DNA of 64,000 nucleotides from Strigamia acuminata (Eukaryota): NCBI GenBank assembly GCA_949358305.1, contig OX442314.1, forward strand, positions 1,426,001-1,490,000, read 5' to 3'. Shown here one piece after another: positions 61,301 through 64,000 of the stretch; the stretch's first letter is position 1; each line of letters opens with the position of its first letter. The notes beneath the pieces are model-generated. The model saw nothing but the letters and a program-made list of their open reading frames with translations, had not been told where the DNA came from and made no database searches. The position numbers and the translations under genes were made by a program.

Positions 61301-62683
61301 GCCAGTCTGAGAGGGTCCGATCGGCTTCCTGGAGCCGCGGGAAACCTCACTTGTACCACGACAAGCACAACCGGAGAATACGTGTAAGCGTGATCGGACT
61401 CGATCGAAGAGCAAACACGATTCTAAAGGAACCCCCAAAAGCCTTAAATTTATCTTAAAATTAACAATGGTATTTCGAAAAAGGAGAAATAGGTGAATCG
61501 ATCGCGGTTGCGATCCTCGCGCAAATGAAGGCGCGGCTCGGCTTTCTCGAAAAGCCGGAGAAAACGCAATTCGGACGTTAATGTCCGAATTCTTCTCGAA
61601 AAATTCGAGGCTCTTCTTCCTCTTGATAGATCGCAGATTACGACCGTTCACCGGGGAACTAAGCCGCCAATAATCGAGTATTGGGTTCTCGTTGGAACCG
61701 TCGCACTTCGCTAAACGGTGACGGAATTCGAAAAAGTCGCGAAATCTGAAAAAGAAAATAATTCGTCTCGAAATCCGCGAATCCCGCGTGGTTTCGGACG
61801 ACATTAACTGAAGAATTGCTGGAAAAACAGCCTTGGCTGTGGTGAAACGTTGAAAACTGAAAAATACAATATTTGCCTAGAAATTTGCGAATCCCGCACA
61901 ATTTCTGGCAAAATTAAATTCGAAAATGGTGAGATCGACGTCGTGAATGGTCCTAAACGTCGGTTGAACGTCTCAGACAGCAGCGAGAACGTCGTGCAGA
62001 CGTTTTTGGGTCGAAAAAAGGTTGAAAATCTGAAAATAACAAGTTCGGCGCAAATTCGCAAATTTTGCGAATTTTACGTCGATAATTAGCCGAGAATGTT
62101 GCTAATTTAATAGCAAACCATCCTCTGCTACCAATGTAGCAGAAGAGTGCGCAAATGTGTGTGAAAAACACGTGGAAGCGTGCTTAGCAAAGCACAATGG
62201 CGGCGCACTACACGTACGCACGAAAATGACGGCGATATCGGAATTAACCAGACGGCGATATCGGAATTAACCTGACTGCCGCACTTTAAAGTGCTTATAT
62301 GCAGTGGGAAACAACTAAACATATGCTAAAAGTATAAAACGTTTAATGAAAACAATAAAGCAACTTACAAACGAATCCATTTCTTATCTGGATGAGGAAA
62401 AGCATGGTTGTGCACAGGCAGCCATGTTGGATTTGGAAAAAATAATGAGAAGTGACACCTAGTGCCGGTTATTGACATTATACAGAATAAATCACTGAAT
62501 GGAAGAACAAATCATGTGAAAATACAAACAATAGTATGGAATTACACACGAGACAGCGTAAAACGAATAGTAACATCGAGATCAATTAAATAAGAACTAA
62601 AACACGCTGTATATCTAAACATAACAGAAAATCAAGGAAATAACAAATATATTCATCGATACAAATTGGTCTTCTGACCAACA
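55369..62683 (-). mobile_element. Full-length Ty1/Copia LTR retrotransposon (MBD-containing)
   Basis: 549-bp LTRs at 55369-55917 and 62135-62683 (identical by eye), 5-bp TSD GTCGC, PBS TGGTAGCAGAGGATGGTTT complementary to the tRNA-iMet 3' end, PPT AGAGGGG. Confidence 0.97.
56128..61128 (-). CDS. gag-pol: Copia gag-pol polyprotein (gag CCHC, protease, integrase, MBD, RT, RNase H)
   Basis: CFNCDQLGHYANRC, WILDCGATDH, WHSRLGH, IRTDRGGEF, RARLVAQG, YVDD, TDASW, ADIFTK in Copia order, with an MBD-like segment between integrase and RT. Confidence 0.95.
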   Translation of the reverse strand: MHKSGNPNNLITVLGVDNYEQWRLSMQFLLKSEGLWRHITEDKEAEHIATLTAKELDRFNIKRDKALGLIYLHVSPAKRTVLETCNTPKEAWDKLAKTYAPSSRARQAAMRWEFLSLQLQPGEDMPDFIARVDNYVRQLSDVNEVISPIHHAYQYLKCLPPEYAQATFAIYHWPDPQFTPKDVAEQLISEHMRLKSIGLLGTTNTSAHASKGQFRQRNKSGPRDISTVKCFNCDQLGHYANRCPRPPRQQQGQPTVSLQRNSRSKSRRRNKNAAAKANNARPRESSHPHREGTYFVNAPQVIQRPVAHFMQSNEWILDCGATDHVSHVRAGFTEFTDVIPFDIELGQGKSQVTGKGTVRLLMAIDKTRCTVNLTNVLYAPNFEANLISVSKIDKARHHIHIFNSEIHVYESDIRSPLIRAKERGGLYYVDGLCTNPTFATTVSPTVQPTPTLPPQMYVTTEEDFIKIPKPKKGKGQQREITDFRIEMPLVEPVKQILVQQAPIPTNPTPPPIPTQIHNDLTTPPSYASALQSIPTATPIAIPNANSFPPLGNPSQPKKKVIANPASVKDATGLWHSRLGHLHTNGMKLLAANDQVYGMSPGEVSRELACNDCRIAKSTKASHKPDPNPSTTKPLDLLHMDIWGPAPVPSFGGARFVLTVIDDATRYCWIIPLAQKSQVFATFKDFVARVERIQDTQIKAIRTDRGGEFMSNEFLRYLQDKGIQGQRTNPSSPQMNGTAERINRTMADNFRAVLSETKLPEALWAELAVTFAYIKNRSPHSRLNNQVPYILWRQRALSLRHLRKVGSKCWVHYTAPGRKKLDPRAWEGYLVGYASGTRGYRIWNPTDNQVYESIHVKIDERQSYRKSIKISTQQPQQSFTGPGQQTVTFDENLHFHQWPKGSDSEASEHSANDSERVSTASASMHTPPAFPHIHIPPPTTPERALLDLCATLPPGSASLRQSHHISYEEERDTDLDIREMDELSIYPETSERVDASAEQSARQSPPTTPRTSAPPSPQRSAAPPLPRETPVPTPRFITTRRQQRVDDHATQGLQIFDPDPSSPATARHTTHKWRFVGGDSECREWVREEHLRKDQKPGKILIDVYYFPTPKIRLRSYNDIEEYCMLNNIDYDPGLFFFGNLEHKLPVLPGVRHAAHLCRTEPASFAEIPKFNDAPKWREAIQEELDTFKEREIYTEVPRPPDTTILGCKWIFKLKTDATGTVTRYRARLVAQGFYQTLGVDFDEVFSPVVNFVLIRLFFCLLVVLRGWKDAHLDVKCAYLYGELKHKVYMRIPAGATCSDPNNVWLLLKSLYGLHQSGRQWFEKLDETLRALGFRKMPACNCVYVLGNTAVMLVYVDDIVVFYASDSVFTQLIRLISSKFDIVNLGPITKLLGVEFIRDAGRTFITQRAYIAKIVKKFGTSTNNRVKVPVTPGTTLVRGSTEKLEDFPYRSVIGSLLFLASRTRPDILYSVIALAQYNTCYNRTHIRALLQVLQYVANTADLCIELSGCTSSQLSAFTDASWASDPETSLSFGGHIVYIGNVPIGWSCRKQSTVACSTMEAEFIALVECVKELFWLDSVYTDFPILNRLARPVVYSDALAAIQFTSNDIENAKTRHIRVKYHWLREWYTTGVFDLRKVASEVNIADIFTKWLSSERLRSLTSKIFQV

Positions 62684-63167
62684 GTCGCAGTCGCGGTCGC
62701 GGTCGCGATCGCAGTCGCGGTCGCGGTCGCAGTCGAAGGAGTCGCGATCGAAGGAGTCGCGATCGAAGGAGTCGCAGTCGCAGTCGTGGTCGCAGTCGCG
62801 GTCATCTTCTTCGCGGCCGTTTTCGCAACCGTTCAAGGTAAGAAACGAAAAATCTCGTCCCGTATTGTCTCGTTTTTCTTTCTTTCTTTCTTTCTTTCTT
62901 TCTCGTATCCGTTCACAAATTCGCTCGTTTCAAATTTCAGACGTCCCTGTATCGCCACGATCGGAGTGGTGCCGCTGGCTCCAAGGCAACCGGTTGCGAC
63001 AGTATCTACTGTCTCGGGGTGGCCGACCCGCGGATCAAATGCTCCGAGTGTTTATGCTCGGTGCACGAAGAGTGCGTGGGGCGGCCGTGGACCAAACGAC
63101 TCGGCCGAAGCGAAGGTTTTGTCTGCAGCGGTTGTCGCGACGAACCCCTCTGCTCCAAACTGCGGTA

Positions 63168-63214
<47 letters not shown>

Positions 63215-63766
63215 CGGTGTTGATCGTTTTTCGTTCGTCGAACTAATCCCGAATTTCTCTCGCAGGTGCTCCGTCTACACGACCAAAGAGGGCCTGGCCC
63301 GCAAAGAGCACGCTTGCTACCGGCACATCGCGAATGTCCTCCGAGGCGAGTCGGCGAGTTGGCGGATGAGCGCGTTTAAAGGGACCACCAGCGCGCGAGA
63401 AGACCTGGTGACGGACCAACACGAGGCGTTGATCAGAGACAAGGCGGTGGTACGGGTTAACGAATCGTTCGCTCGTTCGTTTGTTTGTTCGCTCGTTTAA
63501 ATTTCCATTCACGTTTCAGAGTCGATGGCTGGTTCGCAAGATCGAGGGTCTCTACGAAGCGGAGGTCGGTTTGCTTCCACCGAAAGGCATTCCCCGCATG
63601 CCGCCGGATCGTCTCGCGACGATAGTGCCCAAGGTCCTGGTCCCGGAGTACATGGTCCGGTTGATCGCGGCAACGGAGGATATCGACCGAGACCACGCGG
63701 AGTTTCTATTGGAATACTGTGACCGTCCGCCGTATGCACTCGACGACCGGAGCTTCGAGTCGGTGT

Positions 63767-63910
63767 GAGCGAGCGAGCGAGCGAGCGAGCGACCGACCGA
63801 CTTAGAACGACCGACCGACCGACCGACCAACCGACTTAGAACGAACGACCGACCAACCGACTTAGAACGACCGACCGACCGATTGACCGACCGACCGACC
63901 GACCGACTTA
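63767..63910. repeat. (GAGC)n/(CGAC)n tetranucleotide repeats downstream of the PHD gene
   Basis: Directly visible. Confidence 0.85.
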
Positions 63911-64000
63911 GAATGACGCGAGCTGGACAGGCAGACAGCGAGCGAGCGAGGTGGACGACCGAACGCGCGAGCGACATCGACGACGTCGTCCGCGACCTAT

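Noticed and set aside
61031..61804. 257-aa ORF upstream of Copia gag
   Set aside because: Lies in the 5' leader, lacks an ATG start and recognisable motifs; probably incidental.

Overview
Eukaryotic, probably arthropod, genomic DNA (spliceosomal introns, TTAGG tracts, a Copia element carrying a methyl-CpG-binding domain). From left to right: (1) the 3' end of a Ty3/Gypsy element with an extra Cys-rich non-env ORF and a 1.76-kb LTR (1-6782). (2) A minus-strand host gene (8803-27608) whose exons splice into two DEG/ENaC subunits joined head to tail in one reading frame; its introns are full of hAT, Tc1/pogo and other MITEs plus a solo LTR. (3) A DIRS-like retroelement with two apparent introns in gag, cut off at a TTAA (31478-31481). 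(4) From 31482 to beyond the window, a CpG-rich giant insertion starting TTAA|CCTT (piggyBac-like end). It carries a 4.3-kb palindromic higher-order repeat, intron-containing genes (one predicted at ~970 aa with zinc fingers, an RS tract and a PHD finger), and a 10-unit array of ~600-bp cassettes. Each cassette appears to encode a structured + strand RNA with a variable body, a conserved closing stem and a conserved cUUCGg hairpin. Two young intact LTR elements (a Mag-like Gypsy at 42626-48892 and an MBD-containing Copia at 55369-62683) have inserted into this giant element. The cassette array and its carrier are the best candidate for an undescribed system. All alignments, splice models and folds were made by eye.
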